Program-made: the position numbers and the translations under genes
Shown here: positions 1-12,502 of the stretch, piece after piece
Position numbering within the stretch: the stretch's first letter is position 1
Layout of the letters: the number at the start of each line of letters is the position of its first letter
Source of the DNA: Squalus acanthias
Lineage: Eukaryota
Assembly: GCA_030390025.1 (NCBI GenBank)
Contig: CM059440.1
Location: 38,130,001-38,194,000 of the forward strand
Direction of reading: 5' to 3'
Length of the DNA: 64,000 nt
The notes under the pieces: model-generated
What the model was told of the DNA's origin: nothing
The model's input: the letters and a program-made list of their open reading frames with translations, nothing else
Database searches by the model: none

Positions 1-446
1 ACCCTTTCAACATTCAGGAAGCTTCAGTTGCCCATTAGCTGTTATTACTCCGAAGGGATTATCATCTTTCTTTCCTCTTGATCCCTCTGGCAATTATTTA
101 CCAGGCACATTGGGATCCTGAGCAGTTGTATTGAAGCTTGCATAACCCTCGTCGGGATATTTGCGCAAAGTTGCAAAAGCAATGTCAGTTTCTGAGCTTT
201 GTTTCCATTACTTAAGCTTAATGCAAACTCCCTCAAAAGAATTAGCACTGATACGTTAAACCCTACGGGAACTGCCTCATTTTTGGTGTTTTCAAAGTGC
301 AGCATGACTGTTACCGTAGGCATAGTTGTGGTGGAACCGCCACCAGAGCAGAATGGTGTCCAGTGGCAGTGCTGCACCTCTCTGTCATTGGCAGCTCTTT
401 TGGCAGGAAGCCTCAGGAGGCAGCTTTGTAGCAAGAACAGGCTCCA

Positions 447-1183
447 AGGCCGAGAAATTCGTCTGTGCTGTGCCCGTTTTTCGGGTGAGAAACGTGGGCT
501 GAAGGTACCAATATGGCATGCAGATTGCGTGCGCTCGATCTGTGCTGGAAGCGCGTTGCACGCCATATTGGTTCGGGCGTTCAGGGCGCATGCCTGAAAG
601 AAGCGTTATGCCAATTAATATATTTAAATCAGGGTCCTTTGTGGCGTTTTAGGACTCATTCGTGATACTGGTTTGTGGCAGCTCCTGTTTCGCCCATTCC
701 TAAACTCGCCCAGAAAATCATAAGGAAGCAGGTTGCAGGAGCACTACTTAAAGGGGTCCTCACCTCCATGCGGGTCAGTCACTGGACTGTTGTTTTAGGC
801 TGCTAGTGGACTTGTGGGCCTTGATTTGGCCACAATAGTAGTGAGCTTTGAGTTTGCAGAAGATCTGGAGGCCCTTGAATCAGAGGCTCATCCAGTTAGG
901 TTGTGCCTTTAAAACCATTTTCTACTCAATGAAGCCAAGACTCCCTTTAAGAGGTGCAGCATGGTGCCTTTAAATGGCATCAGGGACGACCGATTACTCG
1001 CCCCGTCATCAGGCGAGCGGCCAATTAGCAGTGCCGGTAGTGCTGGGGCCTCGCCCCTTTTAATGTAATGAGGGAGGGGGACCAATATGGTGCGGTCCTT
1101 GCACCCAAGTGGACGGGCATGTGCTGCGTGCGCTCCATTCATTGTTGCGCACATATTCGTGGCGGGAACCAACTTCTCAGCTA
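447..1183. mobile_element. Degenerate GC-rich MITE (Harbinger-like)
   Basis: Imperfect terminal inverted repeats (ggccgagaaattcg ... ccaacttctcagct). CpG-rich ends resemble other MITEs in the window. Confidence 0.4.
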
Positions 1184-1283
1184 TGTCTCTACAATATTTT
1201 AGACACTTTTATAATATTGATAATGTGCTAAGAGAAGTGTAGCAGTGCCACCACTGGCATATCACACTATGAAGGAGCACTGA

Positions 1284-1540
1284 AGGCTGTCGCTTCAGCT
1301 GCCCAGGCCCTAAACTCTGGAATTCCCTTCCTAAACCTCTCTGCCTCTTCACCTCTCTTTCCTCCTTTAAGATGCTCCTTAAAACCTACCTCTTTGACCA
1401 AGCTTTTGGTCACCTGTCCTAATATCTCCTTATACATGGCTCGGTGTCAAATTGTGTTTGATAATCGCTCCTGTGAAGTGCCTTGGGACGTTTTACTATG
1501 TTAAAGAAGCTATATAAATGCAAGTTGTTGTTGCTGTTGA
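1284..1540 (+). mobile_element. L2-clade LINE 3' end
   Basis: Encodes the ...LWNSLP...FK.LLKTYLF C-terminus, followed by a 3'UTR ending tataaatgcaagttgttgttg. Same sequence recurs at several loci. Confidence 0.8.
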
Positions 1541-1701
1541 GGTGAACCCGGAGGTGTCTTGGAGCCAATCTTCCAGGGATCAGAGGTCAGACATGTGAAA
1601 ATGAGCGAGTCTCTATTGGAACCTCCAGTAGATTCTTGAGACATACGGGTTCATTAAAGAGGGGAGGTAGGAGGCTGCACTTGACCACTGCTGTCCCAGG
1701 A

Positions 1702-2703
1702 GCATAGGAACATTCAGCCCCTTGACCCTGTTCCACCATTCAATAAGATCATGGCTGATCTGTGACCTAACTCCATCCACCTGCCTTGGCTCTGTATCCC
1801 TTAATACCCTTGTCTAGCAAAAATCTATCGATCTCAGAATTAAAATTATTAATTGAGCTAGGATCTACTGCTTTGTGTGGGAGAGAGTTCCACACTTTGC
1901 GTGAAGAAGTGTTTCCCTAACTTCTCTCTGAATGGCCTGGCTCTGATTTTAAGGTTATGTCCTCTTGTCCTAGACTCCCGCACCAGCGGAAAAAGTTTCT
2001 CCCCATCAGTTCCTTTCAAAATCCTGAAAACCTCAATCAAATCACCCCTTAACCTTCTATATTACAGGGAATACAAGCCAAGTTTGTGTAATCTCTGCTC
2101 ATAATCTAACGCTCGAGCCCTGGTAACATTCTGGTGAATCTGCGCTGCACTCCTTCCAAGGACAATACATCCTTTCTAAGGTGCAGTGCCCAGAACTATA
2201 CACAGTACTCCAGATGTGGTCTAACCAGGGCTTTGTACAGCTGTAGCAAAACTTCCTCCCCTTTATATTCTAGCCCTCTAGTTATAAAGGCTAACATTCC
2301 TTTTGCCTTTTTGATTATTTTTTGTACCTGACGACTACATTTTCGTGATCTGTGTACATGGACCCCTAAATCTCTTTGGACCTCCACTGTTCCAAGCTTT
2401 TTACCATTTAAATAATACCCGGATCTATCCTTTTTTGGTCCAAAATGGATGGCCTCACACTTACCTGCATTGAAATCCATCTGCCGCAGTTTCGCCCACT
2501 CACTTAATCTATCAATGTCTCTTTGTAATTTTATGTTCCCGTCTACACTACTTACAGTGCCACCAATCTTTATGTCATCGGCAAACTTGGAGCTATGGCT
2601 CTCTATTGTGTTATCTAAGCCATTAATAAATATAGTGAGTAGTTGAGTCCCCAGCACAGATCCTTGTGGGACACCACTAGTCACTTCCTTCCAATTCCAG
2701 AGT
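1702..2703 (-). mobile_element. CR1 LINE, 5'-truncated (RT C-terminal half plus 3'UTR)
   Basis: Minus-strand ORFs contain SGVPQGSVLG, KFADD, LVRPHLEYCV and RTRGHNLK. Confidence 0.92.
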
Positions 2704-3354
2704 CCAGACATCAGTGTAAAAGTATCCATGGTTACGAATGAGGCTGACAGACTTTATCAGCTAATATGTGAATCAGTGTCGCTCAGCCTGTTCACGTTGC
2801 ATCATCTTGAGTGGGTCTCATCAAACAGCTGTCACAATGCATTTGCAAGCAGATGTGTTTTGCTCCTTTTTAAATCCACACTATTATAATTGATGCCTCT
2901 TATCATGAGTTAAATGTCATACACATTTCTAAGAGACAGCAAGTGATGGAATGATGTAAATATTTAAAAGAGCACCTACACTTTTTCTTCTGGGAAATTT
3001 CCATTGAAGTTTGACAGCCTGTCAAGCACCTCTCGTGTATGATATCTGGGGGAAATATAGTCAGCAGACGGCAAGGGTTTGGTCTGCAGGAACAATGGGA
3101 ACCCTTAAACCTGGTAAACCATGCAAAGCATCTCTGCCCTTTGCTCCTCGTTGGGAAAGATATTAATGCAATAGTACCCGTGTTATTGATGCAATGCGAT
3201 ATTGATTACAAAAAGGTGCCGGTGCAGGAAGGACTGGGACAGGAGAGGCCCGAGGGATTTTTTAGGGGCCTGGAGGTGCACTCCTGCTTCTACCCAACGC
3301 CCGAGGAGTCTTCCTGAAGAGCCTCTTCTGGCCGCTCTCCTGCATCTCGCCAGG

Positions 3355-3490
3355 TTTCCCTCTCGCCAGCACTCCCTCAGGAGAGTCAGCCGAGATTCTG
3401 TGTTCAAGTCTCTGGAGTAGAACTTGAACTGGCAACCTTCTGACCTGGAGGTGAGAGTGCTACCAGCTGAGCCATAGCAGACACGAGTAC
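3355..3490 (-). mobile_element. tRNA-derived Deu-domain SINE, 5' fragment
   Basis: Matches the head shared with copies at 10935, 25605 and 47040. Confidence 0.65.
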
Positions 3491-5224
3491 CCCAAGTCCA
3501 TCCCCAGCGCCCCATTCCACTGACAGTTCCCATCCGCTGGGAAGACAAAACCTCAGCGTGCAACCTCTCCAAAGAACAATGTTGAACCTGCCACTGCTGA
3601 CTCACAGGTCCACAGTCCTGTTTCCTACTTCCCCACCTGGAGTCTTACTCACCCACCCACCAGGCCTCTTGAAGCGGGGATGCACATCACTGCAGTGGCC
3701 ACTACTCACTTGCCCGCCTAGAGTCCCACTCTCCCACCTACCTGGACTCTCGCTTCCCACCAACTCAGTTGGAATCCTGGCCCGCTTTGTGGCAGCTGGC
3801 ACTTTCTCCTCCGCCCATGGTCCGGCATTCCTGCTTCAGCACCCGGATTCATGCTCACCTATTCTCAAAGCAGCGCCATCCATTACTACGACAGATGCTG
3901 CTTGCTCGCCCACATGGAATACCACTTTCCCGCTACCCCACTCGGAATCCCATTCCCAGTGGCCCACTTGGAGGCTCAATCTGCTCTGGGATAGCTGTGA
4001 CTTGCCCCTCTCCAGGTAATGAGTTCACGACCTAGGAATCCGTTTCTTCGCCAAGACACTCAGCCACCTTTCCCCCCCAGCTCGACCGGTCCGTAACATG
4101 CATTAACAGAGGAAGTAATATTACTGTCACCGAGATAAATTCACAAAAACAGCAGTGCAAAGACGTCATGTAAACAGACAAAGTTGTGCCTTGCCAGCCA
4201 GAGAAAGATTAAAACAGCAACAAAATTCAATTTAGGACAATCGTTGCTACTGAATAAGTTGACGAACATAATAGCAATTCAACCAGTCACATATATCGGC
4301 CAACTACATTCCATGTTTGCCACAAAACAAAGGAAATCTTGCACAGACATCCCAAAGTCACAGCTGGCTGATGCCATTTTATATTCTGCATCTACTATAA
4401 CGATCTGAAATGATACAAAATAAAGTCAGAAATTCATAATAATATCACAGGAAATACAGAGAGCTTTGAGGAGTTTTACACAGAAATACCTGTCCTACCT
4501 GCCCAAGTTAATATTGACTGCCATGTCTATTAGTTTTAAGCATTTGTTTCCCTTGATTGAACTGTGACAAGGTATCCAATGCTGTAGTTCCAACCAGCAT
4601 CTTGAACAGTATCACCACTCGCCATTAACAGGGGAAAAAAAACAAGCTAAATAGGAGTGAAACCCGAGTGTCATGGAGTGTGTCTTTCCTCGAGGTGGCA
4701 TTGTAACGGGAGGCTGCATTTGAAGCCTGAGATTAGAATAATAGACAATGGGGTTCGATCATTATTTGGACAATGTCAGGCAAGCATTCGGGCAGGTGAA
4801 AGTTGAAAAATGCAGAGCTGGAATTAAACAACAGCCAGCAGGAAATAAAAGTGCTTTTGTTGATCAGGAGAGTTATATTGAGAGAAACTGGGAAGGGAGA
4901 TGTAGAGGAAGATAGTATAATCCTGACAAACAGTTCATCCAGTATCTTTCCCAATTTTCCTTCCTCCACCTAAATCGATGCTGTTCTTCCTGAGTATACT
5001 ATTCTGGGTCATGGTTGTTTGGGTGAATACTGGTTGGGTTGAGATCTTTTGAAGGTCCGCTTCGGCTGCTTCGGGAGCTGATTGCTCTCCCTTTGTCAGA
5101 TGAGTAGGTAACTAGGTTGAGAGCTCGATAGAAAGCTCACGATTACAGCTAAGACAGTGATTCAAACTCTGATCCCCAATCATGGGTCAGTGGTTTTAGC
5201 CTTGTTCCATCAGATGCTGCACAG

Positions 5225-5610
5225 GTTCCCCTGATAGCTCAATGGGTAAGTGCACGATAAGGTATGACACTGAGACCAAGAACGTCCCACGTTCAAACCC
5301 TGATCCGTGTTGAGCTAACTGATTTCAATCAAGCTCTTGGTGAGGACATAAGAACGGAAGAAACAGGAGCAGGAGCAGGCCATATGGCCCCTCGAGCTTG
5401 CTCCGCTGGTGAGGCCACCACAGGTAGCCTGAGCAGTCTTGAGCTTTGGAAGGAGAGAACTGGCCTGAACACCATTCATTGGCTCTTCCTGAGCGGATGT
5501 GCGTGGACATTGGGTACATATAGGATTGCACTCATTGGCACTGATCCCCAATGAAGGAACAGCCCGACAACACTCACCATCCAGGCTCGTATCTGAAGAA
5601 CTTGGGGAAC
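5225..5610 (+). mobile_element. Old tRNA-head SINE, interrupted by a CR1 3' tip at about 5345-5410
   Basis: A-box and B-box-like head (tagctcaatgggt ... gttcaaaccc). Weak similarity to 31395-31720 and to the reverse complement of 41340-41875. Confidence 0.45.
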
Positions 5611-8600
5611 ACAAGCTACAAACTATATCCCAGCCCGAGTCATCACTTGCAGGGGCGATGGGGTACGGTGAAGAGTGGTGGGGGAAGCGGATATTTGCCA
5701 CTTAGGAGCAAAACCATCTGAGGTTAACGTCCTAATTTAATGTTATAATTTATTAAATTTGTAGAAAATGGTAATTCATCGCAATTAATTTATGTCAAGT
5801 TGACCCAGACAGTTTGCTGAAGGCCTTTCTTCCCCCACCCTGTACATTATGGATAGAGATGTGCAAAAAAAGATTAAAGTGGAAACGAAACAGCTCATTA
5901 AACTGATGGTGGAAGCTAACAGCTTTAAAACTGCATGACCCCACAATCATGTTGATAAATTCTCACAGGCAGTGAGCTCCAGCTAAAATAATCACTTGTT
6001 TTTGGAATATTAAATCTATGGTCCTTCACCACTGGTTCTTATTTCACCGATAGTACTGTAAAAGCTAATCTATAGGCTGCAGTGGTGTGTCGGTCACATC
6101 TATTTTATTCAGCTGACCCGTGTAAGTTGACCTATTTTGTGAATCGTGCCCCCTATGTTTACAGAGCATAAAATGTGAGTTTTGCAACTGAAGCAAAATC
6201 AGGAGCTTCTGAATAAAATTAGATTTTCACACGAATACCAAGGCCCAAAGTTCTTCTTTTGAAGCGTGATAGTGGTGTTCCATCTATAATTAACCCGAGA
6301 CATTGCACACTTCAAAGTCACGTGCTACCGTGAACTTGTTGCAGGGTTTGCTAGTTGTGGAGAGCAAAATCCATTGTTCATCAAAAGATGCTCCATGTTT
6401 TTCCTCAGATTTAAAATTTCAATAATAAAAACAAAATCCTAGGTCCAGTGATTCGTTCCTTTCTTTCCTGAATGTAAGGAAGCATAATTTTTTTAATTAA
6501 GTATACAGATGAGTTAATGAAGGAAATACAATGCTTATTTAGTGATCGGCCTTCCCCTTTAACACACAGACGCCGAGAACGATCCATTTTTCAAGGATCA
6601 TGGCAGCACAGTCGGGGAAATTGTGCCAGTTTGGGACTAGTTTTCAAGTTGAACATCACGATAAATTTATGTACCTCCAACTTTAACCTTAGTCTAATGA
6701 GAGTGACAGTCTAAATCTATTCTGTCCAGTGCTGTACTGGGACAACTATCTCTGGCATCTGCTTCCCCTGTAGTCTCGGGAGTTGCCACTGGTTTGGACA
6801 CTGGCGCTTTCTTTTATATTGGGTTAATTTTCTAAAGGAGGAAGGGGCGTATCCGAATTGAAAGCCTAAATTCGTTTGTCCCTTCATCCTTAATGTTTAG
6901 CCAAGAGACTGATTTAGAGCAGTTTGCAAGGATGTAGTGAATGGTTGGATACAAATGAATGTGCGATACTGAACAGTGAATTTGGGGATTTTAAATCGCA
7001 CAAATACAAGTGATTGAGTCTTATCATTGGGGCCCTTACAAAAAAACATAAATCAGTAAGTTAAAAGCGTTGTAATTACGGTTAACATCCTTTCTGTTCC
7101 AGTTCACTTTGGTCAGCTTGTCTAAGCAGTGGAAAGCACTGTCTCAAAGGACCCATCTGTGAAAGAGATGAATTAGGGAGCCAATTATAAAGCCTGGGAT
7201 TATTCAACACAGGCTATGCATGTTAATTCAACTGCCTTGTATGCTTGGCTCAGTAACGGTTTTAAGTCAGTATCTCAATGACGTCATTGATGCTCACTAT
7301 TGTAAAAGAGGGGGGAAAAATCAATTGCTTATGGACAAATGAAATAAAAAGGACAATCAAAATCCTTTGTAACTGAGACCCTCTAGCAATTTGTATTGGT
7401 CCAGTAAACAAAACTTTAAACTTTGTGCCATGTTCTGAGCTTTTCACAAAGGCTGCGGGCCAGTTTCAGCTGGGAGCTAGTCAAGATAAGTCAACCTTGT
7501 GGTAATTCCTCACTGAGAATCTCAAAGAGCCTGTGCTGTTCACAGCAGTACTGAACTCGACAAGCATTGAGATTCCAACTTCTGAAGCAAACGGCGGCCT
7601 CACCGAGCAAGCAGATGGCTCATTGTGTTAGCAGATCTGACCTTTCAACTTTGAAGAGCCAGGTTCAAAACCAACCTAGAGAAAGGCAGATGGAGGGTGT
7701 GCGTCATGTGCTGGCAGCAAAGGGTACAGAATAAGTCGCAGTTGCTGGTCTTGTGGAGCTACCAATGTAAGACTGGTCTCTAGAAGGAATTTAATTTAAA
7801 TTGGGCCATCTTGACATCGAGGCTATGTAGGTTACATCTTTAATTAGCTTAAGCTTTGCTACACAATCATTTTAAAAAAAACACGCAAAGTGATGGAAAT
7901 ACACAGCAAGAGAAGATCGGTGAATATTTCTGGTGTAGACCCTTTGTTATAATTGATGAACGGGTCCAAACTTAGCCAATTTCTTCATGGATGTGGATGG
8001 ATCTGTTGACTAGTTCCATCACTCTTTTCTTTTTTCCCCCTAGATTCCCGGAATTTGTAGAGGTTTTTAAAAAAAAAACCTGACCTGACACTATCTGGTG
8101 AGCAAAACCCAAACCATCAAGAGTGGCATCAGATAAAGTCCCCGTGCCACAATTTTTGCAATGTTTCTTGGCCACTTGAAAAGTACTACAGTTAACATTT
8201 CACCCTTGATCAGAGGTCAGCCAAGGAAGTTGTTGCAAATGGCTGCAGTGCCCGACTGCATTCCATAGGGGGCGCTAACGGGAGGGGCAAAGCAACCAAA
8301 TTTTGCCCCCTTGGGCTTTTATTATTTTCTTTAATGACTGCTATAATTGCTTGGGTCTGAGTCTTGAACCACTCTCCAGACTCACTAAAATTCCTCTGTA
8401 ACTGATGGAAATAAGAGCTTTTGCTTAATAGGAAATTCCTAGCAAAAGATCAGCAGATCCAGCAGTGATGGCCAGAAGGTAGACACTTCAAGACCTTTAA
8501 TTAATTTCTGCAGCAGCGATAGATTTCTCTAACATTCTAATTAACTCCAGAGCTAACCTGAGTGTTTGCAGCCTCTTTTTTTGTTTAAAGCGTAATTGAA

Positions 8601-9140
8601 GGTTGACTTCCAGCTGAGGATCCTGTCAGGGCCAAAAGACGCATGCTGTGGAGTTAAAACTCCACAGCGAGTGGGGAATTCCAGGTTTCCCGTTTGAAAC
8701 CCTGCTCCGCCCCGCGCCTACGCAACCTACCCCTGTTAATATCCAGGTCTCTGCCTCGAATTCACCCACCCTCTATGTGCCTTGTCTATTCTACAGGATG
8801 GTGATCAGTGCACTCCACACTTGCTGGTCTTTAAACAGGTGCATTGTATTAGCTCCTGATGTTAAACCTTCAGCTTGGCTCAATCAATAGGACTCTTGTC
8901 TCTGGTTAGGAGGTTGTGGGTTGGAGCACCTCCAGTGATGCAGGCTGACACGTCTGTGCAGGCACTGAGGGAGCCCTGCATCACTGGAGATGGTGCTCTT
9001 TATGTGAGATGAGAGAGTGTTAAAAATCACCTGGCCTATTCAAAAAAGAGCATGATACGGAGGTGCCAGTGTTGGACTGGGGTGGACAAAAGTGAGAAGT
9101 TGCACAACACCAGGTTATAGTCCAACAGCTTTATTTGAAA

Positions 9141-9177
9141 TCACAAGCTTTCGGAGCGCTGCTCCTTCATCAGGTGA
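9141..9177 (-). ncRNA. Minimal type I hammerhead ribozyme motif
   Basis: Reverse complement reads UCAC-CUGAUGA-A-GGAGC-AGC-GCUCC-GAAA-GC-UU-GUGA. Confidence 0.75.
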
Positions 9178-9187
9178 AGTGAAGGAG

Positions 9188-9224
9188 CACCTGACGAAGG
9201 AGCAGCCGCTCCGAAAGCTTGTGA
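9188..9224 (+). ncRNA. Minimal type I hammerhead ribozyme motif
   Basis: CAC-CUGACGA-A-GGAGC-AGCC-GCUCC-GAAA-GC-UU-GUG. Confidence 0.7.
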
Positions 9225-9332
9225 TTTCAAATAAAGCTGTTGGACTATAACCTGGTGTTGTGCGACTTCTCAAAAAAGAGCAAGCAGTTTTCCTGGTATC
9301 TTGGGCAACATTCCTCTCAACCGGTACCAATT

Positions 9333-9748
9333 CTTCTTCTCTTCTTAGGCAGTCCCTCGGAACCGAGGATGACTTGCTTCCACACTAAAAATGAGTTCTC
9401 AGGTGACTGATGAGTCCAATGCGGGACCTACAGTCTCTGTCACAGGTGGGGCAGACGGTGGTTGAAGGGGCGGGTGGATGGGGTGCTTGGGTTGACGTGC
9501 GCTCCTTGCGCTGTCTGCACTTGGCTTCCACTTGCTCCCGGCGAAGAGACTCGAGGCGTTCGGCGCCTTCCCGGATGCTTCTCCTCCACTTTGTGCGGTC
9601 TTGGGCCAGGGATTCCCAGGTGTCGGTGGGGATGTTACACTTTTTCAAGGAGGCTTTGGGGTGTCCTTGAAGCGTTTCCTCTGCCCACCTGGGGCTCTCT
9701 TGCCGTGCCGGAGCTCCGAGTAGAGTGCTTGTTTTGGGAGTCTCGTAT
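9333..9748 (-). mobile_element. RTE-clade LINE 3' fragment
   Basis: ORF ends ...WESLAQDRTKWR...CPTCDRDCRSRIGLISHLRTHF, followed by an (AAG)n tail. Same family as 34931-35672. Confidence 0.9.
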
Positions 9749-9949
9749 CAATTGATGACAGGTTAACAAGTCTTTTCCATCTCATTGCTGTTTGTAGCAC
9801 TTTGCTGGTGCAGACTGATTGCATATTTGCCTACATAATAATAGTTTGTACACTTCTAAAAGGTAATTCATCATGTGAAATGTTTTGAAATGATTCAGTA
9901 TGATGAGGTGTTTTATAAATGTCAGCATTTATTATTCCATCACATCACA

Positions 9950-10335
9950 GAATCACAGATTGAAACAACACATCGTGCCTGTGCCGGCTCTTTGAAAGAG
10001 CTATCCAGTTAGATCCACTCCTCTGTTCTTGCCCCACAGCCCTGCAAATTTTTCTTTTTCAAATATTTAACCAATTCCTTTTTGAAAGTTATTATTGAAT
10101 CTGCTTTCAGGCAGTGCATTCCAGATCATAACAATTCGCTGCGTAAAATAATTTCTCCTCTGGTTCTTTTGCCAATTATCTGTGTCCTCTGGCTACCGAC
10201 CCTTCTGTCACTGGAGACAGTTTCTCCTTATTTACTCTATCAAAACCCCTCATAATTTTGAACACCTCTATTAAATCTCCCCTTAACCGTTTCTGCTCTA
10301 AGGAGAACAACCCCAGCTTCTCTAGTCTCTCCACG
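9950..10335 (-). mobile_element. CR1 LINE 3' fragment
   Basis: Encodes RLEKLGLFSLEQKRLRGDLIEVFKIMRGFD. Confidence 0.85.
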
Positions 10336-10349
10336 TAGGTATGTCTCTC

Positions 10350-10640
10350 TCTGTCCTGTCTCTTCATTTGTCCTCTTCAGCTTTCCACTAAAAACTTTCC
10401 TTGTGGTTCTCGAGCAATGTGCCTACAGTCTGCCATTTTTCTCATCATGGTCAGTTCCAACACTTCCCTCGTTTCTTGAGCTAGTTAAACACTCTCCCAC
10501 TCTGCTTGTCCAACTAATTTTCAACATATGTCGATAGCATCACTCGTACATCTCCAGCCTTCTCCTTACTTCAGCAATCAAGGTCCAATTTCGACATCTG
10601 CACATTCTTGACCACTGCTAGAACTTTCAGGTCTGCCCTT
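10350..10640 (-). mobile_element. Old RTE-like LINE fragment
   Basis: Degenerate minus-strand translation gives WTL...RRRLE...CYRHMLKISW. Confidence 0.5.
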
Positions 10641-10934
10641 AGGCACAGCGGCGCTAGTCATTACCGTAAGCGGTCTGAGCGTCGTATCTTTAGGAGTGTG
10701 CCATACTGCCTAGCATCTAACTGTATGATAGCGTAACCCAGGAGTGTAACAGTAGGAACCCCCTTGTGATCGGAACTGGATATTGTGGGGTAGAAATTGG
10801 TCCTCATTGCACCCAATTTCCAGGCAGAAAATGGGGCAATACGGAACAATTTCAGATGCACAATGTCCTGCGCCCAATCTGCGTCTGTGTTAGGGGCGCC
10901 GCCATATTGGTGAAGGCCTCATAAGAAATAGGAT

Positions 10935-11095
10935 CTCATCAGAAAGACGGCACCTCCAACAGTGCAGCATTTCCTCAGCACTGTACTGGAGTGTTAGCTT
11001 AGATTTATGTGTTCAAGCCTCTAGGAGTGGGACTCGAACCCACAACCTTCTGACTCAGAGGCAAGTGTGTTACTCACTGAGCCACAGCTGACGCA
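10935..11095 (-). mobile_element. Deu-domain SINE 5' part
   Basis: tRNA-like head (gtgggactcgaacccacaaccttctgactcagagg) plus the start of the Deu core. Confidence 0.8.
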
Positions 11096-12279
11096 TGAAA
11101 GACTGAGCATGTGAGAGGTGGAGCTTTTAAATGGAGAGCAGGAAACTCAACTGAACCAGGCCAAAATTGGTGTTAATTTTCCGAATATTGGCATGTATTT
11201 TAAAAAGGTCCCTGAGCCAGAGTTCGAAAGTGAGTCCCATCACTCACGGTGTTTTTAACCTGATCCCTTCTGATGTGCAAACCTGTCGACCGATATTTTA
11301 TATTATTCATTCAGACGGGTTTATTTTCCCTCTTTCCGAGTTAATGTTTCGATGGGCTGTATACCCTTGCCCTTCCTGCTCACTGCATATTTGTCACAAT
11401 AACTTCCAGGTAAGGTCTTGTTAATGCTTGATATTTTACTTGACTACGTTTGTCAGGAGAATTTCAGTTATGTGGTCCTGCAGCTGTGGAAATAATTTAA
11501 TTCCGTGTCAGCTGCCCTGCCGAGTAACAACTTCCCTGAGACATCTTGTGCTTTTTCCTATCTTCCTTCCTGGAGGCCAATCAAACCATTGCTTCCCAAG
11601 GTCACCTGCGCTTCCCCTGTGAGGCTGCCAAAGCTGCTGTTTATCTCCAGGGAGGCTGTCCTGACCTTTCATTAGTCTCCCTGCAGCAGATCTTTCATTG
11701 CATGGGACACCTACAAACTGCAGTGTCTTGCCATGATCCCCGCAGCGTGATCCCTCCAGCATGCCACCCAGCTTTCACATTGTCTTCACGAGTCTGGTGC
11801 AAATTGCAGAAGTTGTCAAGTAGGCTAATGATATAACATTGATTGGTAATTTTTTTAAAAAACCAAATCGTTTTGCCTCAGCGTTAATTGGCAGGGGAAG
11901 CTTCAAGACACGGCCAGACAAGTTCATTCTTAAAACATTTACTCTCGCTTAGTAACTAAATGAAATTTAAAAAAAAAGAGCTTGTCAATATGCAGACTAC
12001 CTGCTGCCCCAATGGGTGAAGAATCCTCCTCCAGGATGGAAGCCGTAGTTAAGTCTTGAATGAATTTTGGTTTTCTGGAGAGTTAAGAGTTGTGAGAAAA
12101 AGGAAGCTTCTTTAATAATGGGGGTGGGGGGAGGGGGAATGGTACTGAAGGAAAGGATAAAATGAGACCAAGAAAGTGGGACCTATTGGTTACGCTTGCA
12201 AGAGATTTGGGAGAAATGGTGCCTTTGAGCAATTGAAAGAAACAATATTTTCTTTGTCCTAATTAAGAGAATGGAGAAG

Positions 12280-12430
12280 ATGAAAATGTAGTAATTTGGT
12301 CATTACACTGAGAGCCCTGGACATTGAGTACTGAGGTTGTGTGATGTAAAGGTAGTTGATGATTGTAGAGTGAAATCATCAGCAAAAGGGTTGATGGGGT
12401 TGGGTGATGAGTGGAGGAGATCACTGCTAT
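12280..12430 (-). mobile_element. Ancient LINE RT fragment
   Basis: Minus strand reads SDLLHSSPNPINPFADDFTL, an RT (Y/F)ADD motif. Confidence 0.45.
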
Positions 12431-12502
12431 TGTTACCATTTTAGAATAACATCAGACTAGGCCTATTGGAGCAATGTGTTTCAAAACTCAACTATTTGGA
12501 AT

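Larger units (their letters stand above)
9053..9269. mobile_element. Penelope-type fold-back element, family A copy 1, with two hammerhead motifs
   Basis: Inverted arms. TSD TCAAAAAAGAGCA at 9040-9052 and 9270-9282. Confidence 0.85.
8870..9925 (+). mobile_element. Old Deu-domain SINE split by two younger insertions (Penelope-type palindrome and RTE)
   Basis: SINE head, Deu core and tail are collinear once 9053-9269 and 9333-9748 are removed. Confidence 0.65.

Noticed and set aside
45-597. Overlapping 132-173 aa ORFs at the window start
   Set aside because: No recognisable homology; they run into a MITE.
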